A stretch of 64,000 nt of DNA, taken from the NCBI RefSeq assembly GCF_963921235.1, contig NC_086097.1:36210001-36274000 (forward strand), given 5' to 3'. Positions 24,105 through 36,461 of this stretch are shown here, piece by piece (positions within the stretch are counted from its first letter, which is position 1; each line of letters begins with the position of its first letter). Below the pieces are notes generated by a model. That model saw only the letters and a list, made by a program, of their open reading frames with translations. It ran no database searches and was not told the DNA's origin. The position numbers and the translations under genes are program-made. Source of the DNA: Mobula hypostoma. Lineage: Eukaryota.

Positions 24105-27100
24105 TTCATGATAACAATGCAGCCCCAATCAGGAATACCCCAGCAAGGAACATTTCTCCTGAGTGGGTGCAGATAGCAACTCGTGGCCCTCCTGCCTAGG
24201 TCACTTTGGCATGGGCAAGATGAACAAGAGCGGACAGCGGTTGCTGGAGTTCTGCATGTATCATAATCTACATATTACCAACTGAATCTTCCAGACTAAG
24301 TTTCAACACAAGGTTTCCTGGAGACACCCTCGCTCCAGATACTGGCACCAGCTGGATTTGATCCTCGTCGGATACTCCTTCCTCGGCAGCATGCTTTTCA
24401 CACATTCCTACCATAGCACTGACCATTTGCTGGTGTGTTACAAGATCAGACTGCAGTCAAGGAAATTCCATTGCGCTGAAAAAGAAGGGAACCCTCGCAC
24501 TGATTTCATCAAGATGTCTCACCTAGACCTGCTGGAGCAGTTTGCCAAGTTTGTCGAGAAATAACTGAGCACCCAACAGCCTGGAAACTCTGTCACAGAG
24601 AAATGGGAGCTCCTGCGGAATACCATCTACAGCACAGCCTTGGCTACGTTTGGGAAGAAGACCTCGAAAGCAAATGAATGGTTCAAAGCTAAATCCAACA
24701 AAATGACCACCATCATTGAAGCCAAACGTGCTATCCTTGCCGAGTATAAACGGTTGCCAACTGAAACGAATCTACATATCCTCAGGACTACTACAAGTAA
24801 AGTTCAGCAGACTTCCGGGCGCTGTGCCATCGAGTACTGGATGCAGTGTAGTTCAGTGAAGACATCCAGACCCAACACTGACAGGCAATATCAGGGATAT
24901 GTATAATGACATCAAGAAAGCCCTCAGCCCCTCTGAGAGCAAGATGGCTCCCTTCAAATTCATCAATGGGGAAGTAATCACGTACAGCAGCAAACAGATG
25001 GATAGGATATTACTCTGACCTCTACTCCAGAGTGAACACTGCCACCACCTCAGCCTTGGACATCATTGAGTGCCTGCCAACAATGGAGAAATTGGATGGA
25101 AAGGTGACCCTAGAGGAGCTCAGCAAGGCCATTGACAGCTTGGCCTCAGGGAAGACAGCAGGCAATCGGATTTCTCCAGATATGATCTAGCACTGCATGA
25201 CTACCCTACTGCATGAAGTATTGTCACTGCTGGAAGGGGCTGTACTACAGGATATGAGGAACGCAAAGATCATTATCCACTACAAAAACAAAAGATGAGA
25301 GAAGCAACTGTAACAACTATAGGGACATCCCTCTCTTGAACGTTGTTGACAAAGTCTTTGGCCAAGTCATTTTGGTCCAGACACAGAAGTTGGCTGAACA
25401 TGTCTACCTGGAGTCACAGAGTGGCTTCCATGTTGTGAGGTCAACGGTGATCACAATTTTCTCTCTCCACCAACTCCAGGAAAAGTACAGAGAACGAAAG
25501 AAGCCCCTCTGTGTTCTATATCAATCTTACCCAAGGTGTCAGCAGAGATGGGCTCTTTCAGATTCTCTTTAAGGTATGCTGCCCAAACTACAGACCATGA
25601 TCAAATCCTTCCACAACAACATGAATGGGTTTGTACAGTAAAACAGCAGTTCTGCAGAGCCCTTTGATGTTAAGCAAGCATTACGCAAGGCTGTGTTCTC
25701 ACTGCAACGCTCTTTAGGATCTTCTCTATCCTCCTGAGGCACATAGTTAGCACTACAACAGAGGGGACCTACCTCTGCATTAGAGCAGGCGACAGGCTTT
25801 TTAACCTCTCCCGCCTAAAAGCCAAAACCAAAGTGCGCAAGGCTATGATCAGAGACATGATGATGCAGCAGTTACAACCCACGGCACCTCCAGAGCTTGA
25901 CGGATCGCTTCTCCCCTGGCCTGCAAGGAATTTGGCCTGACGTGGAAGCACCACCAGTCATTATTGTTGGTAACTACAAACTGGATGTTGTTCAACAGTT
26001 CACATACCAGGGCTCCATCATCAGTGACAACCACTCCTTGGGTGCAGAAATTGACAAGAACATCAGGGAGGCTGCAACAATTCTTGCCCAGCCCACCACA
26101 CAAATCTTAGAAAAATCCAAACTCTCAATCAAAGCAAAGATGACAGTGTGCAGTGCTTGTGTCACCAGCACACTGTTGTACAGTAGCAAGGTCTGGAGAA
26201 CATACACTAAGGAGGAGAGAAGGCTCAACGCCTTTCATTTAAGGTGCCTTCGTCCCATCACTGGCATCTCCTGGAGAGACTGAGTACCCAATGCTGAGGT
26301 TCTCTCTCGTGCTGGCCTTCCCAGCATGTACATCCTGCTCAGGCAGTGTAGGCTGTGCTGGCTGGGCCATGTCTGCCACATGCAAGATGGCAGCACACCA
26401 AAAAACCTACAGAGTCTACAGTGAGTTGACTTCAGGCAAGGAGACTGCTGGCCGCCCACAAATGTGCTACAAGGATGTCTGCAAGTGGGACGTGAAGGCA
26501 CTGGAAATCAACGAGTCTTGGGAGGAACTTGCAGCCAACCGCATCAAATGCAGGAGCACCCTGAAACAATACCTTAAGTCAGGCATAAAAAACTTCCTTA
26601 AAACCAGCAGAAGAAAACAGATCCATCAAGAGGAACGCTGCATCTCCAGCAGAGCCGAGACCACTTATAAATAAGACCTTTGCAAGAGATTGCCACTCTC
26701 GCTACAGACAGCACTGCACCAACAACATACGTTTGTAGATAGCTAGGATGCAATATCCATGGTTGACCTCGACCAACAGAGGGCGTACTGCAAAAGTGTT
26801 TGAAGACAACCGAAGTCACAAATGATCAATAGTAATCACTAAATTAAGTTTAAAAGATTACTGTAAAGCTGAAAAAAAATTCCTTTAATTCACATTTAGG
26901 ACTTAGTCTATATTAAAATTTTTGAGAGATGTTTAATAAGAACAGACTTCATTCAGTTCCTAGTAAGGGCAAGGATAAAAGATAAATTTTTTTCTCCACT
27001 AATTGTTCCATCCAACCAAGTTTAATTTAGGCATCACATTGGTTCAACTGACAGTACTCTTCTGTGTCCATCAGTTGTTGGGACACAGTACAGAAAGTTT

Positions 27101-27511
27101 TACTCCGAAGAACAAGTGATAATTGCATTAAGGTGGGGAAAGAGGCAGGGTGCACAATTTTCCCTAAACCTACCTTCTTTAACCACTGGAGCGAACTGCA
27201 TGAATTTCACATTACAAGACTTGAAGACAAATCTAGGATCTCTTACAATTCAGTACTTGAATGTAATTCAAAACTTTGCTTTAATAACATTAAAAAAAAG
27301 ATATTTATCCATTTTCAACAGAGAAAATATAAAACTTTAATGTGCAACATAGATCCAAACCACCAGCATTGTAATGTTGTGATGTGATTGCTACTTTGAT
27401 CTGCTTAGTTCCAAAGATAGCTTTACTTCTGACCACCCCACTGGAGTTGCTGAAGGGATTATTGTTTGACCCCAATCATTCTACATGTACTATTCAAAAT
27501 TGTCTTCATTG

Positions 27512-27540
27512 TCATCGTCTTCTCTTGGATCGTGGAGATT
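27512..27540 (-). CDS. SNAPC1: SNAPC1 probable terminal coding exon ((E)SPRSKRRR*)
   Basis: Acceptor ttgtttctag. Phase 1, matching the exon at 35929. The basic tail resembles the recalled human C-terminus ..SKKRRKH*. Confidence 0.65.
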
Positions 27541-27599
27541 CTAGAAACAAGCAAAATTTTAGTATTAGTCACTTGCAATCCAAAACAGGATAAATTACC

Positions 27600-29095
27600 C
27601 CAACTTAAATACAGAAACAACATCTATTAAGTGGGAGATGTTCAAAAGTAAGATAGTAAGAGGCAAGAGTCAGCTTGCTTCTATAAGGGTAAGAAGAAAG
27701 ACTCGCGAAGATTGAAGGTTTGATCAGGTATAAGGAAGCATATGACGGGTATAGAAATTGGTATGGAATGAAACTTTAAAAAGTTTATAGGTAAACAAAA
27801 AAAAATTAGGAGGAAAAAAGGGGTCATAAAAAATGACCTTGATAAGTAGGGTTAAGGAAAATCCTAAAACATTCATAACTATATTAGACACAGGAAGGTA
27901 GCTAAGGAAAGAGCAGGTTTCATCAGGAAGCAAAAAAGTATTTGATGGGTGGAGTGAGGGGATATGAGTGAAGTCTTAAATTAGTACCTCTCATTGGAAT
28001 TCACCAGGAGAAGGATGTGGAGACCATAGAGTTAAGGGAAATGGTATGCTGGATTATATTTGTATTGTTACGAGAATACACATAAAATTAAGATGTTTGC
28101 TGGCCTGGGCTAGCATCAGTGGCATCAGCAGTTGGTCTGCCACCTGCCCTCAGGGGAAGGAGAGATAAGGAACAATGGAGCAGCGTCTGGAGATGTGTAA
28201 TGAAGGGATGTGGGAGGAAGAGCTGTCTGGAGCGGCTCCCCCCTTTTGAAGCCTGAACTGTTTGAAGTGATGGACAGGCGATACCCCAGCAGGGGGATAA
28301 AAAGGGACAGGTTCGCTAAGACAGACACACGCCACCCGAGGTAACGAGACCCTGGAAGCGGTACGCTTCTCACGAGTGGGTGAGAAGTGCCAGACAACGA
28401 CCAGGGTGGAAAGGTACGATCAGCGGGAACCCGGTGTGTGTCCGCCCTTGCCTGGGTGCCGGGTTCACTGCAGAGGATCGACCGCATCTGGAGGAGGGGT
28501 CACAGTCGGTGACCTCAGGTGACATCACCAAGGACCCGCCCAAAAGCTGTTTGTGAGCCATCTCGCTGGTCTGTGAGCCATCTTGCTGGTCTGTGAGTGA
28601 AGCCGTTCTGAATGATGAGTTGTTCCTATTCTATCTCTCTCTTCCCCCACGTTGTCCACCGCCATGGCAACGATTACTGCGAACTGAACTACTAAACTGG
28701 ACTGAACTTTGAGTCATTTTGAAATTGGTCATTTACCCCTAGACAACGATAGAGCTTGATTGATGCTGTTATCTTAATTCTGTGCACATGTGTGGTTATC
28801 ATTGTTGAACTGTTGCATTTATTATCCTTTCGATTACTGTGTTGCTTGTTTCCTTAATAAAACTTTCTTAGTTCTAGTACTCCAGACTCCAACCAGTTAC
28901 GGGGTACGTAACAGTATCAAGGAGGAAAAGTATTCAAAATATTGGTAAAAAGGTGGTGGATAAATCTGCAAGGACTTATGGAATCAAAACAGGAGATTGC
29001 TGGGACTCTGAAGGTGGTTTCTGCATTTTCATTAGTCATAAGTGAGGCACCGCAAATGTGGACTTCGCAAATGTTGTCCTTGTTCATAAACAGCA
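27600..29095 (+). mobile_element. Degenerate CR1 ORF2 fragment, split by the solo LTR
   Basis: gttaaggaaaatcctaaa..aggtggataaatc..ggagattgctggg: CR1 mid-ORF2 remnants on both sides of the LTR. Confidence 0.55.
28066..28913 (+). mobile_element. Solo LTR (848 bp) with 4-bp TSD
   Basis: Terminal inverted repeats TGTTACG...CGTAACA. GTAT duplicated at 28062-28065 and 28914-28917. AATAAA at 28856-28861. Internal 20-bp tandem repeat at 28552-28597. Confidence 0.88.
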
Positions 29096-29599
29096 GTAAC
29101 TGCATATATTCAGTTTCTTGTTGCTCTGTAAATGAATCCATTAGAATTCAGGGCAGGGTCAGTAAATTCCCTTAGCACTGGAGAACTACTGATTTTTGCC
29201 TCAGTGAACAAAATAGATCAGAGTCATACAAATCAGAAACGGGCCCTGAGGTCCAAATACCAATGTATACTATTCCTCTTTATTAGAACTTAGCCCATAG
29301 TCTTTTGTACCTTGGAAATTCAAGTGTTCATCGAGATTCCACTTAAACGTTGAGAGAGTAACTGCCTCCATCACATTTTCAGGCAAGTTGTCTCGGACTG
29401 CATCACCCTCTGGGTGAGTCAAATTTTTCCTCAGATCCACTCTTATTCTTCACTGTATACCCATGCCCATTAGTTTTAGCTATCTCCATTGTTGGAAAAA
29501 AAATATTTACCCTATGTTTCCCTTTCATAATTTTGTATACATCTGTTAGCTTACCCCTCAGCTTAAGCAAAGAATAAACTGCCAGAGAACTCAGTAGGG

Positions 29600-29880
29600 C
29601 AGAGATTCATGTACACCTCCTCCAACCAGGCCTAGTGAATAATTCAGTGCTCACGATGTGGCCTACTCTTCATCAGTGAGACCAAGCAACAGAGTAGGCA
29701 ACCGTCTTGCAGGCCACCTGTGCTCCATCCGCAGCAGGCATCTTGAGCTTCCAGTTGCACATCATTTCAACTCACCTTCCCATTCCTGCAATGAACTGTC
29801 CCTCCTTGGCCTTCCCGACTGCTATAGTAAGGCCAATCATAAACTAGAAGACCAACATCTTGTATTCCATTATCCCCTCC
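29600..29880 (+). mobile_element. Degenerate Penelope GIY-YIG fragment
   Basis: GLLFISETK..GNRLAGHLCSIR..LPVAHHFNSPSH..KLEDQHLVF. Confidence 0.65.
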
Positions 29881-29957
29881 AATCCTTCTCCCACCACCCT
29901 ACTCCCCACATGCTAAAAGCCATTGCTCAGCACCCCAGTCCTTGTACTTTTGTGCAT

Positions 29958-30749
29958 ATGTGAGTCTTCTGGCTTGGTTTCCATTTCAGAGGATTGGCTT
30001 TTTGGCAGAAACTTTTAAATGCAGACCACTTCCAACAAGACTTCTCCAGACTGTAGAGGGGTATACTTGGGTTTCAGTGGTTTCTGTGAGTTCACAGCTA
30101 ACAGCAGTGTTGGACTTCTTTCGATTTAGAAGGGAAGTCAGTTTGATGTATCTCTCTTCTGCTGCATTCAGTTTCCATGGCCGACTACTGTGTTTCCGGT
30201 CCTCAAACTTGCCCATTTCTTTGTGCTTCAGAAGAGCTTGGACAGCACGTTTTGAAACTCTGCCGCAACATTTCTGCTTGGGAGAGACTTTGCTGATGCA
30301 GGATGACCACCTTGTGTCTTGTTGCTTTGCTCATTCTTGCCATGATGTAAGAATTGATGATTTGAAATCACATCTGCCACACCTTTTAGTTTGGTTCACA
30401 TTTGACCAGTTTGATTCCTTCTACATCCATTTCTGTTTCAGTTAACCAGTTCAGTTCATTCACTCATTATGTCATTGATCATTAGTAGCTGTTTGTCATC
30501 ATTGTTTAATCATGCACTGGGCTATATACCTACAAATTAATCAAATTTTTGTTTGAAAAGTGGTCTATTACTTAAAATGTTATTTTCTTTAGTGAAATAC
30601 AAACATTTCTCTATAACATTTAATTTTTTAGAAAATAAATGCTTGGAAACCTAAAATTTGCTCTTTTCTACTGACACACTAATGCAGAAGACAAAAAATA
30701 AATATTCAAAACAAAATTTATATATACCGAAGACTTTTGCACAGTACTG
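29958..30749 (-). mobile_element. Truncated Tc1 transposon (5' half)
   Basis: TA followed by terminus CAGTACTGTGCAAAAGT at 30749. ORF 29986-30216 (RPWKLNAAEERYIKLTSLLNRK..STVWRSL..AKKP) is Tc1 N-terminal-like. Confidence 0.8.
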
Positions 30750-31984
30750 TATGTTGTTGGTGCCAGAAACATGGTGACATTTGCAGGCTGCCAGCAGAAT
30801 GCTTGCTGATTTGATTTGACACAAGTAACACATTCACTGTATGTTTCAGAGTAAATGTAACAAATAAAGCTAATCTTTAAGTCCTCTATAATTTTAAATA
30901 CTGTCCAGCTTTCTTCTTGCCAAACAGCCAAGACCTAATGCAGGATCTCAACTTGGAACATTAACATATCCCTTTTGCCAACATGTTAAGTTCTTCTCTT
31001 TTGCCATGTTCTTCCAGTTTATTTATTTTTGTTCCAGATTCCAACATCTGCAGTCTTGTGTGTCCCCGATGCACAGCTTCCTTCACCCCAAGGGAAACAA
31101 ACCCAGTCTAACCAGTCTCTCTTCCTAATGAACCACTTCTTTTCAAGCAACATCCTGGTGAATCTCCTGTATACTCTTTACAAGGCATTCATGTCTTTCC
31201 TTTAGTGCGGCAACCAGAACTATACACAATAACTCAGTTTCATAAAGTTAGAATATGACTTCCATGTTATATGCTATGCCTAAGCTAATGAAATCCCGTA
31301 TGACGTCCACTAGTCATTCCATTCCTCAGTGTTCCCTTAGGATGCTTCAATTCGTGGTGATGTACCTTTATTAGACTTCCCAAAACAATACACTATGCAC
31401 ATTATTTGAATTAAATTTCATCTGCCCTAACTCAACCTACCAGCCCATCAATATTTTACAATGTCACATGCCCTTTGCACACCATCCCCTTAAATTGCCC
31501 ATTAAATTCTTGGCCTTCGTGGTCACAAAGGGTCCCACCACTTTACCTGAAGCTGTGACCCCAGGATAATAGAAAATTTTAAAGCTACAAAACTAACATT
31601 CAGAAAAGGGTGGGAAAGACGTTAATACAAAACAAATACTAGAGGCACAAGAGATTACAAAAACAATAAAATAGATCAAATACTGCTTCTTCTCCCCCTT
31701 GCCCTCACATCCCAATCAATATTTAAAATATTTATTAGAGTCTGAAATTATCAGTGACATATTGGCCTGCTACTCCTGGTTTCCTAGGTAACCATGCAAT
31801 ATTCTTTCACTGCATTGTATCAGATGATACAGAGCTGATGAAATCTCCAATGTTCATGACTGTACACAACTCGAACTAACCAATTCTATAAAGTGAGAAT
31901 GGATTTCACAATCACCTAATAATTATAAATAAAATTTAAAGTATTCCTTTGTATTAAGGAAGCATCAAAATTTCTCACCTCATC

Positions 31985-34215
31985 TTAGGCATGAAGAGGG
32001 TAATGACTGCCCAACACTCAAACAATTCAGGAACACCTGTCCAACAATGATCCCTGGCATATGTGGCTGGGCATCAAGGGCATTACTGACTAAGCAAGGA
32101 AAAACAGCGCCGACTCTACCAGTGACACCTCCTTCCCTGATGCTCTCTGTAATCTTTAAGCACACTTCAAGGCATGCAATACAGGTGACCAGGCACTGTC
32201 TCTAACACCAGCAGACGTGAGAAGGACTCGACAGAGAATCGACCTCTGTAAGGTAGCCCGGCCAGACAACCTTCCAGGTCAAGTACTCAGGAAGTATGCA
32301 CACCAGCTCACTGACATCTTCAACACTTCACTCATCCAGGTGGCTATCACCACACACTTCAATCAGCCACCGTCATCCCTGTACCAAAGAACCCTACACC
32401 TTCAGAAGTAATCGACTATTGCCCGGTGACACTGACATCAAACATCATGAAGTGCTTTGAACGACTGATAATGGCATATATGAAAAAATCCATTCCTGCT
32501 ACACTGGCCACTCACCAATATGCTCACTCACAAAACCGCTCTACTACAGATGCACCTGGCCCTGACACACCTAGGAAGCAAGGACACATATTGGAATGCC
32601 ACACTATTGTCCCACAGACCTTGGTGAAGAAACTCCCACTTTCGGTCTAAGTACACCACTGTAACCATCAGACCTCAAAGTCAGGATGCACAATCACCAC
32701 TCCCTCCCCATCATCCTCAACACATGTTCTTCCCCCCCCCCCCCAAAACCAGGCTGTGTGCTGAGCCCATTGCAGTACATTCTGCTCACTCACGACTATA
32801 CAGCCAAATACCCATGTAATCACAACTCTAAGTTCGCGATGACACGACAGTGGTGGAGATCATCATCAACCAATAATGAGTCGGCCAACAAGAGCTCAAG
32901 GCCTGGTGCCAGGCGAATAGCCTCTTCCTCAATGTCCACAAGACTATGGGGATAGTTATAAAAAATGATTCCAGGGTTGAATGGCTTGTCATATGAAGAA
33001 CTTTTGATGGCTCTGGGCCTGTATTCACTAGAATTCAGAAGAATAAGAGGTGACCTTACTGAAACCTATCAAATAGTGAAAGACTTTGACAGAGTGGATG
33101 TGGAGAAGATATTTCCTATCATGGGAGAGTCTAAGACCAGAGGACACGGCCTCAAAATAGAGGGGTGTCCATTTAGAACAAAGATGAGGAATATCTTTAG
33201 CCAGAGGGTAGTGAATCTTTGGAACTCTTTGCCACAGGCAGCTATGGAGGCCATCTTTATGGATATTTAAGGTAGAGGTTGATAGGTTCTTTATTGGGGC
33301 ATGAGGCAGGAGAAGGCAGGAGATTGGGGCTGAGAGGAAAATTGATCAGCCATGATGAAATGGCTGAGCACACTCAATGGGCCAAATGGCCTAATCATGT
33401 CCTGATATCTTATGGTCTTATCAACTTCAGGAGAACTCACACCACTCATGCCCCTCTTTACATCAGCGTCACAGTAGTGGAAACCACAAGCAATTTCTAA
33501 CTCCTGAGAGTATACATCTCACACAGCCTCTTATGATCCCAGAACACATTCTACACAATCAGGAAAGCTCACCAACGCCAGTGCTTTCTGAGTAGGCTAA
33601 ACAGAGCTGGACCATGCACATCTATACTCATGACATTCTACAGATGCACAGTAGAGAGCATCCTACCATGCTGCATCACTGTACGGTACAGAACCCGCAC
33701 TGTGGTGGACAGGATGGCTTTACAATGTGTAGTCAAGACTTCCCAACACAACACTGGCACTAGCCTACTCTCAATCTAGGACGTACATACAGAAAGGTGC
33801 CAGAAAAGGGCTAGTAACATTATGAAGGAACCCACCCCCTCTGCCCAAGGTCCCGCTCCCATCAGCGAGCCTACATAACATCCGCACCAGGACCATCAAG
33901 TTCAAAAACAGTTACTGTCCTCAAGCAATAAAGCTGATCAACACCTCCACCCCTTCACACCCCACCACCACTACTACTTTATCATTTCCTGTCATTCATT
34001 TATGTACAGGTAGGTCTGTGCCTAGCGTCATTTTATGGACTTATAATCAATCTTTGTAAATAAGCTTGGTATTTATATTTATTGTGTTTTTTTTTATTAT
34101 TGTGTTCTTTAACTTATTGTATTTTTTTGCGCTGCATCAGATCTGCAGTAGCAATTATTTTGTTCTCCGATACACTGGTGTACTGGAAATGACATTAATC
34201 AATCTTGAATCCTGA
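31985..34215 (+). mobile_element. Degenerate Rex1/Babar LINE with CR1 insertion
   Basis: EHLSNNDPWHMWLGIKGITD, LTSNIMKCFERL, QNRSTTDA and GCVLSPL motifs, ending in an aatcttgaatc tail. Confidence 0.8.
32960..33421 (+). mobile_element. CR1 3' fragment nested in Rex1
   Basis: ORF 32965-33270 (MIPGLNGLSYEE..GLYSLEFRRIRGDL..) with a tatggtctta tail and a possible TTAT TSD. Confidence 0.85.
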
Positions 34216-35928
34216 AGTATTGAACTCAGTTTGAGCATCATACTGAGCTTGATATCTGGGTACATTTTTCATCACTATAAAATGTCATTTACCACCAAAT
34301 AATTAAGGGGAAGAAATTAATAGGAGTGACATTACGCTTTCTTTTTAAAGTAAGAGTAATGTTTGTAGATGAAACATTCAGCGTCCTAAGTTATAAAATG
34401 GATTTTTAACCAGAAAAGATGGAGAATAGAGTCAAGTGATCGACTTCGCAAAGTACTAGCAACCATAATGGGAATGAATGATTCTCAATATGTTTGTATT
34501 AGAATGAAAAATATGAAACAATTGCAGTATTTTGATCTTACTCAATATTGTATCTTATTGCACATAATTTTAAAATCTTTTGGTCAAGGCAAATACACAG
34601 CACTTCAACAAACCATTGTTAATGTACAAATTTTCAAGATAAACAAATTCCCATGAAGTTGACATTTAAACAATTGGTATGAAGAACCTAATAGCAAAAA
34701 ATATCATTAAAATTTTGAACAATTAGTGATTTCATTTAAGATACAACTGTCAAAACACCACAGCAAGGATGAATGAGATATTAAAACGATTGAAAAATTT
34801 CAGTATTTAGTGTGTCTGTCAAGGAAATCCAAAGTGAAAAAATTAAACTAAAAACATACACAAGAGGCTTTTATTTGCCCAATATAAAAAACATGTTATA
34901 GACATGGCTTAAAGGACTTACAAATTTGAGAGCTGTCCAACAAAACTTCCTTGAACATTTAGACGCTCTAGGATGCCTGTTTGCTTTGAACCACTCCAGA
35001 CATCACCTTAGAGTTGTGAAAGTCCCAACTCATAGGATCACGTCAATTCTAGAATTTGTATAGTGTATTTCTGCACTGCCCACTGTACCCACCACCATCT
35101 TCAAATAGAGAAAAGAAAAGCTGCATACGTAACAACTTTTGCAAATATTAACTTTAAATTTCTATGTCACTACTGAATTTTTTTTCTGAAGACAAGTATT
35201 TTCTGAAAATAAATAGGGAACAAATGTGCCACAGAATCAGTAAGTTGTTCCATGTCCCTTTCCTAGACTATACAGTATAATCAATCGCAATGAGCTAAGA
35301 AATTCTGGACAGAAATACTATCTTTCCCTTTTTTCAGTAATCTTAAATACAAAAAGAACCCTGGAGTTACTAGCCACGCATGCAATGCTTAAACAGTTGA
35401 ACTACTGACAAACATTAATTTTCAAATCTAAACCCAAAACAACTGGAAGTACTCAGGAAGCCTGAGAGCATCTAAGAGATTTCAGTTGATGATCTTTCAA
35501 ATTTCCAGTATCTTCAGCAGGGGTTTCTTTATGCTGTAGACCAATACCATTAAGCAAGGAGCCCATGGACCCCAGATTGGGATCTCTAAATACAGTATTT
35601 ACCATCAAGGGCTAAAATGTGAATAGGATTTTGGAATGATTGTATATGAAGGAATTCCAGCAGCTCAGGCAACACGTGCGGAGGGAAACGGACAGTCAAC
35701 ATCAGTTTAAGATAATTTCTGTATACATTTTAGAGTGAACCCTGAAACCACACAAAAAATATACATTTATTCTTTTCTCAAGATTTACCATATAAGATCT
35801 TTTATGGGCAGATTTGACATAGTATGCACACTATATGCTTATATTACAATGTAGGTAATATTGTAGAGCTGTACTGAAAAGAACCATACTCTGAAACACA
35901 ACTCGCATAAGAAAACATTGAAAATTAC

Positions 35929-36040
35929 CTTTCTTGTTGGCTCGATTTTTCACTGATGAATTTCTCACTTCTGGAGGTTTCTTTTCGGTTGTCTGATCAG
36001 ACTCAGTTTTTACTTGCCGGTGCCGCCTAGATCTTGAGAC
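35929..36040 (-). CDS. SNAPC1: SNAPC1 coding exon 8 (VSRSRRHRQVKTESD..ANKK, 112 nt)
   Basis: AG/GT boundaries and the SRRHRQVK motif of SNAPC1. Confidence 0.88.
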
Positions 36041-36398
36041 CTTAAAAATATTAGTTTTAAACAATTAATGACCTGCTTATATCACATGAAACCACAGGAC
36101 ATTGTTTTTTTTATTCCTGAAACAAAACATTAAAGCCTAACAATGCTCACTTAAACACAAAGAATGGAATTCTAAGCAACATAATTATTCAAGGCCTTTA
36201 ATAAGAATTGTACCTTTACTAAGAAATATATTTTAACGCTGGTGTTGAATCAATTTCAGGTCTTCGAAAATAAACTTTACATCCAACCTCAGAGTAAACT
36301 ATCGATTTTCCATTCAGTGAAATTTAAGTACTTATTTTTGTAATTACAAATCAAACATTGCTAAGTAAGACATAATGTCATGATTTTGGCATACAGAC

Positions 36399-36461
36399 CT
36401 TGACTACGGAATTATATGATTTTGACTTTATCTCTGCTAGGGTCTGTGCACGCCTGGAACC
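36399..36461 (-). CDS. SNAPC1: SNAPC1 coding exon 7 (GSRRAQTLAEIKSKSYNSVVK, 63 nt)
   Basis: AG/GT boundaries. Matches the recalled RAESLAKIKSKAFSVV. Confidence 0.88.

Larger units (their letters stand above)
20875..26795 (+). mobile_element. Degenerate near-full-length RTE-clade LINE with duplicated 5' part and nested PLE
   Basis: APE N-terminus LKLGYWNVQTMMTG..LQE near 21570. RT motifs YRDIPLLNVVDKVF, ESQSGF and QGCVL. C-terminal FTYQGSII..LLYSSKVW..RRLNAFHLRCLRPITGISWRD. Many stops and frameshifts. Confidence 0.85.

Noticed and set aside
34190..34275. Candidate SNAPC1 exon 9 after an attttatag acceptor
   Set aside because: Runs into a stop in the Rex1 tail with no donor. The KLSM resemblance is out of frame, and removing the Rex1 does not restore a reading frame.
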